Shown piece after piece: positions 9,261 through 21,478 of a stretch of 64,000 bases of DNA. Source of the DNA: Capsulimonadaceae bacterium (GTDB lineage: Bacteria > Armatimonadota > Armatimonadia > Armatimonadales > Capsulimonadaceae); the NCBI GenBank assembly GCA_965215505.1, contig OZ244065.1, forward strand, positions 1,568,001 to 1,632,000, in the 5' to 3' direction. Position 1 is the stretch's first letter, and each line of letters opens with the position of its first letter. The notes below the pieces were generated by a model. It ran no database searches and was not told where the DNA came from. It saw only the letters and a list, made by a program, of their open reading frames with translations. Both the position numbers and the translations under genes were made by a program.

Positions 9261-10010
9261 TCAGACCTTGCTGACTTCGTTGGCCGCCTTGCCGGTCGCG
9301 TCGTCCTCGGACTGCATCATCTTCTGATTGGTCTCGTAGGCACGCATGATCGCGATCATCGAGACCATCTCTTTGACGACGTTCACGTTGGACGCCTCCA
9401 AATACCCCTGCTTGACCGAGGCCGCCGCCGAAGCGGGCCGCAGGGCGGCGACGCGGAACTGGTTGTCGCCCATCTTGACCGGGTTGTCCGAGGCCGCAAG
9501 CCCCGCCAGCCGCAGGCGGCCCACCTTGACTCCGTCCGCCGTGACCTCGCCGCGCGGGCCGATCAGGATGGCCTTCGTCTTGGCTGGGATACGGATGGGT
9601 TGGTTGGTGTCGCCCAGGACCGGCAGGCTGCCGTTCGTCTGGACCAGTGTCCCCGCCGCGCCCATGCTGAGTGAGCCGTCGCGGGTCAGGCGCAGCCCCT
9701 GCGGAGTCTGCACCACTAGGGCGGCGTCGCCGGTCAGGGCGACGTCCAGCGGGTTGCCGGACCGTTCCAGGCCGCCGTCGGCGAAGTTTGTCGTCGTATC
9801 CTTCAGCCCCGCCCCGCCGCCCAGCGAGCCGATGGAAGCCCGGTCTTCCGGGGAGAGACGCGTGGCGAGCGCCTCCTGGAACGACTCGAAGCGGGGGATG
9901 TCTTCCTTGTAGCCGGTCGTGCCGGCATTCGCGAGGTTCTGCGCGATCGCGTCCTGGGCCGCCTGGTTCGCCAGCATCCCGGCGGCGGCGGTGTAGACTC
10001 CACGGGTCAT
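9261..10010 (-). CDS. flgF: rod protein FlgF (hook-basal body protein)
   Basis: AQNLANAGTTGYK, LTRDG, QGYLEASNVNVVKEMV. Confidence 0.9.
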   Translation of the reverse strand: MTRGVYTAAAGMLANQAAQDAIAQNLANAGTTGYKEDIPRFESFQEALATRLSPEDRASIGSLGGGAGLKDTTTNFADGGLERSGNPLDVALTGDAALVVQTPQGLRLTRDGSLSMGAAGTLVQTNGSLPVLGDTNQPIRIPAKTKAILIGPRGEVTADGVKVGRLRLAGLAASDNPVKMGDNQFRVAALRPASAAASVKQGYLEASNVNVVKEMVSMIAIMRAYETNQKMMQSEDDATGKAANEVSKV

Positions 10011-10068
10011 AAAGTTTCTTCTGCCTTTGCTCCGATGTAAAATCCGCTTTGAAGTCCGTCTGAGACTA

Positions 10069-10095
10069 TTATCGGCAGGGGCATGAGGTTTTTGC
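10069..10095 (-). promoter_or_regulatory. putative sigma28 (FliA) promoter of the flg operon
   Basis: GCCGATAA -10 at 10069-10076 with a CAAA-like -35 about 14-15 nt upstream. Confidence 0.55.
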
Positions 10096-10145
10096 AGGGG
10101 AGAGAAATACGGGGGTTTTCGCCCGAATCCGGGTACGATTCAGGC

Positions 10146-10442
10146 ATGGCACACACGGACACCGACCAGATCGTGGAAGAGTTTTTGGGAGATGCGCCGC
10201 GCGCCGCCGAGTGGCGGGAGCTGCGGCAGGCGCTCCTGGACCGGCGGCGCGGTTTGCGCGGGCAGCGGACGGTCGAGGCAGACCCGGCGGCACTGGCCGT
10301 CCTCGACACGCAGATCGCCGGCCTGAGCCGTCAGATCGCGACCCTGGAGACGGAGGAAGTGGTGGCGCGCTTCGTCGAAGACTCGGTGCGGGCCAGCCTC
10401 GCACGGGCGCCGCGCCTGGGGGAAGAGGATTTCGAGGAGTAA
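10146..10442 (+). CDS. hypothetical coiled-coil protein
   Basis: ATG 6 nt after TACGAT; host-like codon usage. Confidence 0.65.
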   Translation: MAHTDTDQIVEEFLGDAPRAAEWRELRQALLDRRRGLRGQRTVEADPAALAVLDTQIAGLSRQIATLETEEVVARFVEDSVRASLARAPRLGEEDFEE

Positions 10443-10632
10443 GCTAGACACAAAATCGCCGCCCGGTGCGGGGATACACCGGGCGGCGATCTCTACGGGT
10501 GCGGGGGAGCGCACCGTTGTGGGTTGCATTGCTCGCCGGTCTTTGGCCCGGCGCTGAGTCAACTATAACACAGGTTCGCCGCCCTGTCAAGAGACTTTTC
10601 GGACTATTTTTGGGGACGTAAGGATTACTACC

Positions 10633-11340
10633 ATGTGCGGACGATTCACACTGCACCACTCGCTGGAAGAGCTGGAAGAGCGGTTCGACGCCCGGCCCGA
10701 AGCGCCGACGACTGCCGAGGCCGCGCCGCGCTACAACATCGCGCCGACGCAGGATATTTTGGTCGTGACGCAGAACGGCGCACGGCACCTGCAAGGCTAC
10801 CACTGGGGCCTGATCCCCTCGTGGGCCAAGGACCCGGCTATTGGGAACAAGATGATCAACGCCCGTGCCGAGACATTGGCCGAAAAGCCGTCCTTCCGGA
10901 CGGCCCTGTCGCGCCGCCGCTGCCTCATCCCCGCCGACGGCTTCTACGAGTGGCGGGACGCGACCGCCGATCTGCCCTCCGGCAAGAAGGCCCCACGGAC
11001 GCCCATGCACATCCGGCTTCAGGACGGCGGCCTGTTCGCCTTCGCGGGTTTGTGGGACGAGTGGCACGCGCCGGACGGCTCGCCCCTGCGCTCCTGCACC
11101 ATCATTACGATCGCGCCGAACGCCGTCACCGCCCCCATCCACGACCGGATGCCGGTCATCCTTCGCCCCGAAGACGAGGCGCTGTGGCTCGACCGCTCCG
11201 TCTCCGACACCTCCGCCCTACTGCCCCTGCTGGTCCCCTACCCCGCCGAAGTCATGGAAGCCTACGCCGTCTCTCGCTCGGTCAATGCGCCGACCGTAGA
11301 CGACCCCGGATTGATCACACCCGCCGACCCGGTTCAGTAA
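10633..11340 (+). CDS. yedK: SOS response-associated peptidase (SRAP/YedK family)
   Basis: N-terminal MCGRF, RYNIAPTQ, NARAET, GFYEW, IHDRMPVIL. Confidence 0.95.
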   Translation: MCGRFTLHHSLEELEERFDARPEAPTTAEAAPRYNIAPTQDILVVTQNGARHLQGYHWGLIPSWAKDPAIGNKMINARAETLAEKPSFRTALSRRRCLIPADGFYEWRDATADLPSGKKAPRTPMHIRLQDGGLFAFAGLWDEWHAPDGSPLRSCTIITIAPNAVTAPIHDRMPVILRPEDEALWLDRSVSDTSALLPLLVPYPAEVMEAYAVSRSVNAPTVDDPGLITPADPVQ

Positions 11341-12116
11341 ACCAGCCGTACCCCCGTGATGACCGGGTGGTCCGTGTTGGCCGCCGACAGGTTCGTATCG
11401 TGAATCTGGCCGTAGCCGACGAAGAAGACGGTCTGCGGCGACAGGAAGATGCCCGGCTCGATCCAATAGTCCGCGTAGCCACCCTTGCCCCCGCTGCCCG
11501 TGGCGGCGTGGAAGTCCGTCCGCAACTGAAGGCGGTGGCGGCGGAACGCGCCCAATGCCGTCTCGCCCTGCACGTCAACGTCGTGGTGGTAGGAGGACGC
11601 GAGCTGATGCACATGGACATACTCGCCCAAGGTCGCCGACAGTAGGGTCGCCCCGAGCGGCTTCTGGTAGCGCAGGGCCGCCATGTCCCAGCTCCCTTGG
11701 AACAAGTCATCCCGGTCTATGTAGTGCGCGGATTCATGCCGCACCAGCACGGAAAGCGGCTGGACCCCGAACAGGCTTCGCGCGCCCAGCTCGAACGTCC
11801 CGACCAGGCGGTCCGGCTGGAACTTGCCGTGGGCGCTATCTTCCAGCGCCTCCACGTCCACGTCGGCGAACCCGTACAGCGGCGAGCCGGCCACGCGGGC
11901 GAAGTTGGTGGCGACGTCATACTCCCCGTGGTAGCGGTAGGTATGAGTGGAAGCATAATAGCCCAGCCGGACCTGCCCGTGGACCGTGCCGATCTGCGTA
12001 TCCGGGGGCGGGAGCTGCGGCCCTTCGGGCGTCTGCGCCCGCGCCGCGCCGGGGAGCAGCACGGCGGCGAAGCCAAAGACGAATGCGGCCAGGGGGAAGC
12101 GAGGAAGGAAAGGCAT
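11334..12116 (-). CDS. exported protein, probable outer-membrane beta-barrel
   Basis: Signal peptide (ARA|Q), amphipathic strands, C-terminal aromatic VRLVY. Confidence 0.65.
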   Translation of the reverse strand: MPFLPRFPLAAFVFGFAAVLLPGAARAQTPEGPQLPPPDTQIGTVHGQVRLGYYASTHTYRYHGEYDVATNFARVAGSPLYGFADVDVEALEDSAHGKFQPDRLVGTFELGARSLFGVQPLSVLVRHESAHYIDRDDLFQGSWDMAALRYQKPLGATLLSATLGEYVHVHQLASSYHHDVDVQGETALGAFRRHRLQLRTDFHAATGSGGKGGYADYWIEPGIFLSPQTVFFVGYGQIHDTNLSAANTDHPVITGVRLVY

Positions 12117-12164
12117 GGAGGCTCCTAGAGTGTTAAACTGCCTGTGATGAGGCCGGGCCGGGGT

Positions 12165-13565
12165 TCATTTCCCCGCCTCGAACCGCGCGACCAGATCGCG
12201 CGTCGCCGCCTCCATGTCCGGCGCGGCGACCACGGCGGACACCACGGCGGCGGCGTCCGCCCCCGCCTGGGCGACGAGAGCGATGTTCTCGGCATTGATG
12301 CCCCCGATGGCGACGATGGGGATGTCCGGGAAGGCCGCCTTGATCTCCCATATCCGCTCGACGCCGATGGCCGCTCCCGCGTCCAGCTTCGTCTTGGAGC
12401 CGAAGATCGCCCCGACGCCGAAGTAGGAGGCATACGGCGCGGCGGCGCGGGCCTCCTCCACCGAGGCGACCGAGACGCCGACCAGCTTATCCGGGCCGAG
12501 CAGCCGCCGGGCGTCGGCAGGCGTCATGTCGTCCGGGCCAAGGTGAACGCCATCAGCGTCCGAGGCGAGGGCGACATCAACGCGGTCATTAACGATAAAC
12601 AATGTTTGGGCATCACGGGCGGCAAGGCGGAATCGCTTTGACAGTTCGAGCAACCGAGATGTGGATAAATGCTTCTCCCGCAACTGGATTGCACAGGCAC
12701 TACCCGCGATAGCCTCCTCCACGATCTGAGGCAGCAGACGGTCAGGCTTGATCTGGGTGTCAGTCACCACATACACGCCTCGCAACATCCCCTTCCGCTC
12801 GACATGCCTGCGCCCCACGAATTGTATTCGCTCGGAAACGGATAACCGTACTTGCGGATAGCCCCGTCCCCGACCTATCACCGTCGGCTCACGCAGAGAC
12901 GCAGTCAGCATGTTCTTGGACTCAGCAATGGCATCGAAGAGGGAAGAACCTCGTGCAAGCAGGACCGCGATCAAAGAAGAAAGTAAGCAGCCTGTCCCAT
13001 GAGTGTGTTCCGTTCCAATACGGTAGCCCCCGAACTCCCGGATGCTGCCCCCTGGAAGGGTCAGCCGGTCTACAGGCTCGCCGGACAGATGACCACCCTT
13101 CACCAGCACGGCACGAGCGTTCATCACTCCAAGCGCCTTCGCCTCGTCCATATTCGGCGTCACCAGATCGCACAGCGGCATCAGCTCCGTCAGCAGGGTG
13201 GCGCGGCCTTCTTCGTCCAGCAAGGGAACACCGCCGGTGGAGGCGAGGACGGGGTCGAGGACGACGTTCGGCGGGGCATGCTTGCGGAGGGCGGCGGCGA
13301 CGGCGCGGACCTGGTCGGCCCCGCCGAGCATTCCGATCTTGACGGCCTGGACCTTCGTATCGCTCAGGATGGCCTCAAGCTGGGCCGCCAGCACGTCGGC
13401 GGGGACCGGGTGAACGCCTTGAACGCCAAGGCTGTTCTGCACCGTCAGGGCCGTGATGACCGAGACGCCGATGACGCCCAGGGCGGCGAAGGTCCGCAGG
13501 TCCGCTTGGATCCCGGCCCCGCCGCTTGGGTCCGAGCCGGCGATGGTCAGTGCAACGACGGTCAT
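12165..13565 (-). CDS. thiDE: fused HMP/HMP-P kinase and thiamine-phosphate synthase (ThiD-ThiE)
   Basis: [22 protein letters not shown]; then QLREK, NDRVDVA, GVHLG, AIGGIN. Confidence 0.93.
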   Translation of the reverse strand: MTVVALTIAGSDPSGGAGIQADLRTFAALGVIGVSVITALTVQNSLGVQGVHPVPADVLAAQLEAILSDTKVQAVKIGMLGGADQVRAVAAALRKHAPPNVVLDPVLASTGGVPLLDEEGRATLLTELMPLCDLVTPNMDEAKALGVMNARAVLVKGGHLSGEPVDRLTLPGGSIREFGGYRIGTEHTHGTGCLLSSLIAVLLARGSSLFDAIAESKNMLTASLREPTVIGRGRGYPQVRLSVSERIQFVGRRHVERKGMLRGVYVVTDTQIKPDRLLPQIVEEAIAGSACAIQLREKHLSTSRLLELSKRFRLAARDAQTLFIVNDRVDVALASDADGVHLGPDDMTPADARRLLGPDKLVGVSVASVEEARAAAPYASYFGVGAIFGSKTKLDAGAAIGVERIWEIKAAFPDIPIVAIGGINAENIALVAQAGADAAAVVSAVVAAPDMEAATRDLVARFEAGK

Positions 13566-14674
13566 AGGGCCTCCGAGAAGCGGGCGGGGTCGAAGGCGGC
13601 GGGGAGCGGCGCGTCGTGCAGGAGGTGGTCGGCCATCAGTGCGCCCGTGATCGGTGTCAGCAGGATGCCGTTGCGCCCATGCCCGGTCGCGAGGTGGACG
13701 TTGTCCCAGCCCGGTACACGCCCCAGCAGGGGCAGGCCGTCCGCGCTGACGGGCCGCAGGCCCGCCCAGGCGCTTTGCAGGGGCCAGTCAGCCAGCGCGG
13801 GGACCAGGGCGGACGCCTCGGCACGCAGGCCCGCAATCGCCGCGTCGTCCGTTGTGATGGCAAACCCGGCCCATTCCTCGGTCGCCCCGGCCACGATGCG
13901 GCCGTCGGCGCGCGGCACGAGGTAAGCGCCGTGCGTGTAGAGCGTATGGGAGAACGGCGCGGGCGACTGCGGGCCGAGGGCGAGGATCTGGCCCCGAAGC
14001 GGCGCGACGGGGATGTCGAAGGCGAGTTGCTGGCCGAGGGCGCGGCTCCACGCCCCGGCGGCGAGGACCAGCGTCCCGAACGTGTGCCGAGTTGGGCCGG
14101 ACAAGACGGCATGGGCGCGGCTCGCCGTCGCTTCCAGGCCAGTTGCCGGGCTGTGCGCGATGAGTTCGACGCCCTGAGCGCGGCAGGCAGTCGTCAATGC
14201 CGCCAGCAGAGGGCGCGGCTCGACGTGTTTCTCGGCGGGAGACAGCACGGCGGCTTGGACGTTCCCACCCAGGCCCGGCTCCAGGCGGCGCGCGTCGGCC
14301 CCCGTCAGCCGGTGTAGCGGCAGGCCTAGAGGCGGCTGCCAGGACAATGCGCGGCAGAGGGCCGCGTCTTCGGCTTCCGTCCGGGCGACGCGCAGCATCC
14401 CCGGTCCTTGCAGGCTTACGTCAGCCCCGCCCGCGTCGCGCAGGGCGGCGGCGAAGGCCGGGTAATGGCGCAGGCTGTCCAGGGCCAGGTCAAGGAACGG
14501 CCCCGGCTCGCTCGCCTCGGCCAGCGGTGCCAGCATCCCGGCGGCAGCCGACGACGCCTGCCCCGGCTCCCCCGCGTCCAGCACAGTCACCGACGCCCCC
14601 TGAAGGCTCAGGTGGTAGGCGACCGAAAGGCCGATGACGCCGCCGCCGAGGATAAGAAAATCGGACGCCGCCAA
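13562..14674 (-). CDS. thiO: glycine oxidase ThiO
   Basis: [32 protein letters not shown]. Confidence 0.93.
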   Translation of the reverse strand: MAASDFLILGGGVIGLSVAYHLSLQGASVTVLDAGEPGQASSAAAGMLAPLAEASEPGPFLDLALDSLRHYPAFAAALRDAGGADVSLQGPGMLRVARTEAEDAALCRALSWQPPLGLPLHRLTGADARRLEPGLGGNVQAAVLSPAEKHVEPRPLLAALTTACRAQGVELIAHSPATGLEATASRAHAVLSGPTRHTFGTLVLAAGAWSRALGQQLAFDIPVAPLRGQILALGPQSPAPFSHTLYTHGAYLVPRADGRIVAGATEEWAGFAITTDDAAIAGLRAEASALVPALADWPLQSAWAGLRPVSADGLPLLGRVPGWDNVHLATGHGRNGILLTPITGALMADHLLHDAPLPAAFDPARFSEAL

Positions 14675-14678
14675 GCCC

Positions 14679-14879
14679 CTACCCTCCGGCCATCATCTGG
14701 ACGATTTCCAGCACGTCGCCGGTCGCAAGCGGCGTCTCGTCGTACAACCCGCGCGGGACGATCTCGCCGTTCCGCTCCACGACCACCATCTTGGCGTTCA
14801 GGTTGCGCGAGGCCAGAAGCGCGCCGACCGTCGGCGTGTCCTCCACGTCGCGCACGTCCCCGTTCACGATGATCTGCAT
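14679..14879 (-). CDS. thiS: sulfur carrier ThiS
   Basis: 66 aa, VERNGEIV, C-terminal GG. Confidence 0.95.
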   Translation of the reverse strand: MQIIVNGDVRDVEDTPTVGALLASRNLNAKMVVVERNGEIVPRGLYDETPLATGDVLEIVQMMAGG

Positions 14880-15505
14880 TCCCGTTCCTCCCAGGCGGCA
14901 TCTAAGGCCGCCCGATACTCCTGCGCGGCGGCCTTCGGGTCGGCGGACCGCATGATGGGCGACAGCACGGCCACGCCCGCCGCGCCCGCTTCAACACACG
15001 CGCCCAGGTTCTCCGGCGTCACCCCGCCGATGGCGAGTACGGGGACGGAGACGGCGGCGCAGACGTCCCGCAGGAAGTCCAGCCCCGCCGGCTCGACGTC
15101 CGGGTGGCTGGGCGAGGCGAAGATGGTCCCGGCGATGATATAGTCCGCGCCCTGCGAGGCGGCTTTCAGGGCGGCCTCGACGGAGTGGGCGGACTTGCCG
15201 ACCAGCGCCCCCGACCCCAGGTGGTGGCGGATGACTCCCACCGGCGCGGACTGCTCGGGCAGGTGGATGTGGCGCGCGCCGAAGCCGACAGCCCGCTGCC
15301 AGTCCGCGTTGACGGTGACGATGGTTCCCGAACGCAGAGCCTGCCCCAACGCTTTGAACGTCAGCCTCAGCCCGTGGGCGGCGGCCCGCTTGTCCCGGAG
15401 CTGCACCACGTTGACCCCGCCCCCGACCGCCTCGCCCGCGATCTGCGGCAGGCGCGGCGACGGCTCGGTGACCAGCATCAGGCAGGGCGTCGGCAGGTTC
15501 GTCAA
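14864..15505 (-). CDS. ThiE/TenI family protein (second copy)
   Basis: TTG start overlapping the thiG stop; QLRDK, HIHLPE, SAHS, AIGGVT. Confidence 0.85.
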   Translation of the reverse strand: MTNLPTPCLMLVTEPSPRLPQIAGEAVGGGVNVVQLRDKRAAAHGLRLTFKALGQALRSGTIVTVNADWQRAVGFGARHIHLPEQSAPVGVIRHHLGSGALVGKSAHSVEAALKAASQGADYIIAGTIFASPSHPDVEPAGLDFLRDVCAAVSVPVLAIGGVTPENLGACVEAGAAGVAVLSPIMRSADPKAAAQEYRAALDAAWEERECRSS

Positions 15506-16332
15506 CGCACGACGCCTTCCAGCGGGCTGCTGGCGCTGGCATAGGGCAGGACCGGCATCCTGCCCGCGAGGAACGCCCTGCGGCCCGCCTCGACGCCCAT
15601 CCGCATGGCCTCGCCCATCAGGGCGGGGTCGGCGGCGCGGGCGATGGCCGTGTTGACCAGGCAGGCCGACGCGCCCATCTCCATCGCCGCCGAGGCTTCG
15701 GAGGGGACGCCGATGCCCGCATCCACGACGACCGGGGCGGTGGCCTGCTCCAAGATGATCCGTATCTGCTCGCGCGTCTTCATCCCCTGGCCGCTGCCGA
15801 TGGGCGAGGCCAGCGGCATGACCGTGTGCGTCCCGATTTCTTGAAGGCGCAAGGCAAGGGCGGGGTCGGCGTTGATGTACGGCAGGACGACAAATCCCTC
15901 GGCCACGAGTATCTTGCACGCCTCAAAGGTGCCGATGGGGTCCGGCAGCAGGTACTTGGGGTCGGGGATGACCTCGACCTTGATCCAGTCCGACAGCCCC
16001 ATCGCCCGCGCCAGCCGCGCCGTCCGCACCGCCTCGTCGGCGGTCCGCGCCCCGGCCGTGTTGGGCAGGATGTGGTAGCGCTTCCAGTCTATCTCGTCCA
16101 GGATGCTGCGCGTCGGCGCGTCCAGGTCAATGCGTCGCAGGGCGACAGTGACGATCTCGCAGCCCGAGGACTCCAGGGCCGCGTTCATCTCCTCGGCGTT
16201 GCGGTACTTGCCCGTGCCGAGCATCAGCCGCGACCGGAAGGTCTTCCCGCCGATTGTCAGCAAGTCGTCCGGGTTCGTTTTGACAATTTCGTGTGCCTGC
16301 GCGGCAGGCGCCAGCGCCTCCATGAGTGCCAT
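15502..16332 (-). CDS. thiG: thiazole synthase ThiG
   Basis: [39 protein letters not shown]. Confidence 0.97.
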   Translation of the reverse strand: MALMEALAPAAQAHEIVKTNPDDLLTIGGKTFRSRLMLGTGKYRNAEEMNAALESSGCEIVTVALRRIDLDAPTRSILDEIDWKRYHILPNTAGARTADEAVRTARLARAMGLSDWIKVEVIPDPKYLLPDPIGTFEACKILVAEGFVVLPYINADPALALRLQEIGTHTVMPLASPIGSGQGMKTREQIRIILEQATAPVVVDAGIGVPSEASAAMEMGASACLVNTAIARAADPALMGEAMRMGVEAGRRAFLAGRMPVLPYASASSPLEGVVR

Positions 16333-16335
16333 TTC

Positions 16336-16917
16336 CTACTCCTCGATACGAAAAATGTCATCCAGGGCTGGGGTCAGGTCGGGGAACGTCAGCGACTGCA
16401 CTGCTTGGCCCATCCCATACAGTGCAACCCGCTCCGGGCCGTCCGGCGTAAGACGCAGCACCTCGACGGTTTGCGCGTCTGTGTTCACGACCCAACACTC
16501 GGCAACGCCAACGGCGCAATAGTCGGTGATTTTGCCTTCGCGGATACTGCGAGTTTCGCTCGGAGATAGCACCTCCACGGCAAGTTCCGGCGCTGGGGAC
16601 AGCGGTTCTGCGCTCCGCGAGTTCCGCCCCCCATAACGTTCCCAGCCGATGAACAACACGTCAGGCTGGCGCGTCCGCAACGGCCTTCGTCCCACTAGAA
16701 CATCGCAGGGAGCAAGCATTGCTTTCCCCGCTCTGGTCCGGCGCTGATAAGCCCGGAGCAGTTCATAGATGTTGCCGACGGTGTCTTGATGCCCGTCCGT
16801 AGGCGATGCCATATAAATGCGCTCCCCATCAATGATGTCATAACGGCGGTTGATCTCACCCTCCGCCATGTAGTCCTCGTAGGTCAGCAGCCCGGTCGGG
16901 GCTTCCGCAAGAGCCAT
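16336..16917 (-). CDS. Uma2 family endonuclease
   Basis: IIDG..YMASP..HQ, QPDVLF, PELAVEVLSPS, Y...GV.E.WVV. Confidence 0.9.
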   Translation of the reverse strand: MALAEAPTGLLTYEDYMAEGEINRRYDIIDGERIYMASPTDGHQDTVGNIYELLRAYQRRTRAGKAMLAPCDVLVGRRPLRTRQPDVLFIGWERYGGRNSRSAEPLSPAPELAVEVLSPSETRSIREGKITDYCAVGVAECWVVNTDAQTVEVLRLTPDGPERVALYGMGQAVQSLTFPDLTPALDDIFRIEE

Positions 16918-16945
16918 CGTCAGCCTCCACTTTGCTGTCGTCTCA

Positions 16946-17173
16946 TCAGGTAACTTCCGCCGTCAGCCAAACGCCATTCTTGAGCGAGCGGGCGGCGTAT
17001 TGAAACGCCGCCTCCACATCCTCCCGCGTCAGACGCGGGTACGCTTGAACGATTTCATCTCGCGAAGCGCCCGAGGCGGCAAGCTCCAGCAGGAACTCCA
17101 CGCTGAGGCGTGTGCCTTTGATGCAGGGCCAGCCGCCAAGGATGGCGGGGTCGGACACGATCCGCTTGAACAT
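16946..17173 (-). CDS. DUF433 antitoxin-like protein
   Basis: RIVSDP.ILGG.PCIKGTRLSV...YP.LT.EDV.AA..YA. Confidence 0.9.
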   Translation of the reverse strand: MFKRIVSDPAILGGWPCIKGTRLSVEFLLELAASGASRDEIVQAYPRLTREDVEAAFQYAARSLKNGVWLTAEVT

Positions 17174-17236
17174 CGCGGCCTCCCCCACTTGTAAATCTCT
17201 CCGCCCTGTTCGCGGAACTCCTTCGCCAGCCCAGCA

Positions 17237-18154
17237 TCAAGCGGAGGCGCCGACGGTCGGGCGGTGTTCGCGCCGGAAATCTTCGCGCCGCCGCGCGATC
17301 TCTTGCTCGGACTCGCCGCCGGGCCAGGGACCGGTCCACGCTTTCGCGAAGACCCAGATCGGCGGCTCCTTCTGTTCTTCTTCTGTTTCCAGTTCCCGGC
17401 AGAACGCCTCTATCTGTGGATACTGGTCAAGATTCGTGACGTACACCCACAACTCGGTGTGGCCTGGATCGGTGCGTGTGGAGAACTGCACGACCGCGCC
17501 GGGGAATCGCGTGTTGATGGCCTGGGCAAGTGCCTCGGCCCTCTGTTTCGCGTCTGAAGTAGCCATTGTCGCCTCCAACAGAAATACCACTTTTTCTGCC
17601 GCCGTCAACAGCCTTTCGGCAAGCCCGATGTTGGAATCGGCGGCGATTCGCCAGTCCAGGCCGGTGATCGGAAAGATGCCGATGCCGCCGGTTCTTCGCG
17701 AAAGATCATAGGGCGAATAGTCGGCGACTTCGCGGTTGTCGCGCGCTTCGCTGATTTCCTTGACGATTTCCGGCATCAGCCCGGAGACGCGCTGGAAGCC
17801 AGCGTCACCCAGCAGTTTCCTGAACTGTTCGATGCTTTCCCCATGCCCATCCGGGTCCCACTGGTTGCGGCGGAGGCACATGGCACGGACGGAGTGATGC
17901 ACGGAGTAGTAGCCACGGCTGATCGCTGCCCGCAGCGCCTCGTTGCCGATCGCAGCGGCCGCAAGCGATTTGGCGACTTCCAGACAGCCTTGCGCTCGAA
18001 TCAGCCTGTCCAGACAGACGTCCTCGACCGCTTGGCGCAGCCGAGTCCGCAAATCGGCTCCGGGCCAAATCTCGGCAAGAGAATAGATCTCCCCTTTCTC
18101 CGACTGCGACAGCCGCGACACATGGATCAAGTGCCGTTTCACATCGTCCGCCAT
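17237..18154 (-). CDS. HEPN-domain protein with in-frame C-terminal second domain
   Basis: AAISRGYYSVHH and R..READY-like (ARDNREVADY) HEPN motifs; internal GGAGG-N5-ATG at 17566. Confidence 0.75.
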   Translation of the reverse strand: MADDVKRHLIHVSRLSQSEKGEIYSLAEIWPGADLRTRLRQAVEDVCLDRLIRAQGCLEVAKSLAAAAIGNEALRAAISRGYYSVHHSVRAMCLRRNQWDPDGHGESIEQFRKLLGDAGFQRVSGLMPEIVKEISEARDNREVADYSPYDLSRRTGGIGIFPITGLDWRIAADSNIGLAERLLTAAEKVVFLLEATMATSDAKQRAEALAQAINTRFPGAVVQFSTRTDPGHTELWVYVTNLDQYPQIEAFCRELETEEEQKEPPIWVFAKAWTGPWPGGESEQEIARRREDFRREHRPTVGASA

Positions 18155-18175
18155 CCCTAGCCTCCTTCACGCCGA

Positions 18176-20098
<1,923 letters not shown>

Positions 20099-20134
20099 CT
20101 ACCACCAAAGCCTGTGCCTGCCGAACACGAACAT

Positions 20135-20180
20135 AAACACGAAAAGGCCGCCGCTCCATGGAAACACGGAACGGCGGCCT
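20135..20180 (-). terminator. riboswitch expression-platform terminator
   Basis: AGGCCGCCG...CGGCGGCCT followed by TTT between the aptamer and the thiC start. Confidence 0.7.
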
Positions 20181-20217
20181 GTGCAGGGTTTTCGAATTAA
20201 ACCGCCCACGCCTCGCG

Positions 20218-20315
20218 CCCGCTTCCCTCCGCCGGCATGACCCGGATCAGGTTGATTGGGGTTGGCGCGCGACACGCGCCTCTCAGCCGGGACACAGCCC
20301 GGCACCCCCAGCGGC
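20218..20315 (-). ncRNA. TPP riboswitch
   Basis: Minus strand GGGGTGC...GCTGAGA...ACCC...ACCTGATCCGGGTCATGCCGGCGGAGGGAAG upstream of thiC. Confidence 0.95.
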
Positions 20316-20336
20316 CTCACAAAGTTGTCTGGTCGT

Positions 20337-20365
20337 ATTATAGTCGGTCCGCGCGGACCTGTCAA
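20337..20365 (-). promoter_or_regulatory. consensus sigma70 promoter of the thi operon
   Basis: TTGACA-N17-TATAAT just upstream of the riboswitch. Confidence 0.85.
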
Positions 20366-20400
20366 GTCAGGCGCAAAAAAGCGCCCCCATCGCTTGAAGA

Positions 20401-20898
20401 TCAGGCAGCTTCGGCTCCCCCCGTCCACCGGTGAACGAGCAGGGCCGTGACAGGGCCCCAGATGAAGTGGGCGGCAATCATGACCGCGTTCCGGCGCGGG
20501 GGGTGCTGGGTCGCTGGGGTCAGGATGCCCAGGAGCGGCAGCCAGCCCAGGTAGCTGGCCGCCCAGAGCGCCAGGCCGAAAGCAAGGCCCCGCAGTGCCG
20601 GCCGCGCGGCACCCGGCGGGGTCAGCGCTGCGTAAGCCGCGCCGGACGCCGCGCCGTAGCCGAAGTGGGCCAGCACGGCGACGGTATCCAGCGGCTTCCC
20701 CGGCTCCGGCGGCGATGCCGCGTCTCGGTCATCGTGGCCGCCCGCCTGGTCCGCGACCGCGTCTATGATCTCCACCTGCGGCAAGGCGTACTGCTCGCTT
20801 TTCGGCAAGCCTCGGTAAAGCGCAAGCATCACCAGGGTCATGGGGACCGTGGCTGTCAACCCGGCAAGGCCGCCCACGAGGAGGCGAGGGAGCGTCAT
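20401..20898 (-). CDS. membrane protein
   Basis: Four hydrophobic segments, HFGYGA motif. Confidence 0.7.
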   Translation of the reverse strand: MTLPRLLVGGLAGLTATVPMTLVMLALYRGLPKSEQYALPQVEIIDAVADQAGGHDDRDAASPPEPGKPLDTVAVLAHFGYGAASGAAYAALTPPGAARPALRGLAFGLALWAASYLGWLPLLGILTPATQHPPRRNAVMIAAHFIWGPVTALLVHRWTGGAEAA

Positions 20899-20928
20899 TT
20901 CGGCACCTCAAAGGCCCGGCAGCCGGCG

Positions 20929-21468
20929 TCAGTCCTGCGCCGGAGCGGCGTCCCTTCCCCGTCGCAGGTAGGCGACGGCGGCGGACGCGAGGAGTGTGCC
21001 GACGAGGACTCGCGTTACAAAACCTTTCCGGTTGTATCTCCACTCCGCCTTCCAGCCGAGTTCCGCCACGATGTTGGGGATGTGGCCGTGCGCGAGGTCG
21101 CCCAGGATGCCTTCCGCCACGCCCACACGGTCTGCCGCCATCAGGGGCAGCCAGTGTCCGTAGCTGGACTCGCTGAACGTGAAGGCGAAACGGCGCAGCA
21201 TGCCGCTCAGGCCGGAGGGCGGCGTCGAGGTCCCGAACACGGCCGAAACATTAGGCCGCTCGTTGGAGTGCAGGACCTCTACAGTAAGCGGCTGCTGGGG
21301 CGGGCGCTCCCAACTGTAGCCCGTGTGTTCGTCCCCGACGTGCTTTTTCATCGGATAGGTGGGGTCGTTCTTCGGGTCGGCGTCCACGCCCCAACCCTTG
21401 ATCTGCGCGGTGTTCAGCACCGCCTGCTTCGGCGCGCTCTCCGCCGCCTTTTCTTCTCTGTTGTTCAT
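20929..21468 (-). CDS. conserved hypothetical protein
   Basis: GWGVDADP, VFGTSTPPSGLSG.LRR.AF, HWL.L.AADRV; follows the dehydrogenase. Confidence 0.75.
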   Translation of the reverse strand: MNNREEKAAESAPKQAVLNTAQIKGWGVDADPKNDPTYPMKKHVGDEHTGYSWERPPQQPLTVEVLHSNERPNVSAVFGTSTPPSGLSGMLRRFAFTFSESSYGHWLPLMAADRVGVAEGILGDLAHGHIPNIVAELGWKAEWRYNRKGFVTRVLVGTLLASAAVAYLRRGRDAAPAQD

Positions 21469-21478
21469 GAGGGTTTTC

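Noticed and set aside
14864-15919. 351-aa ThiE-like ORF
   Set aside because: The N-terminal part overlaps thiG out of frame; the plausible start is TTG 15505.
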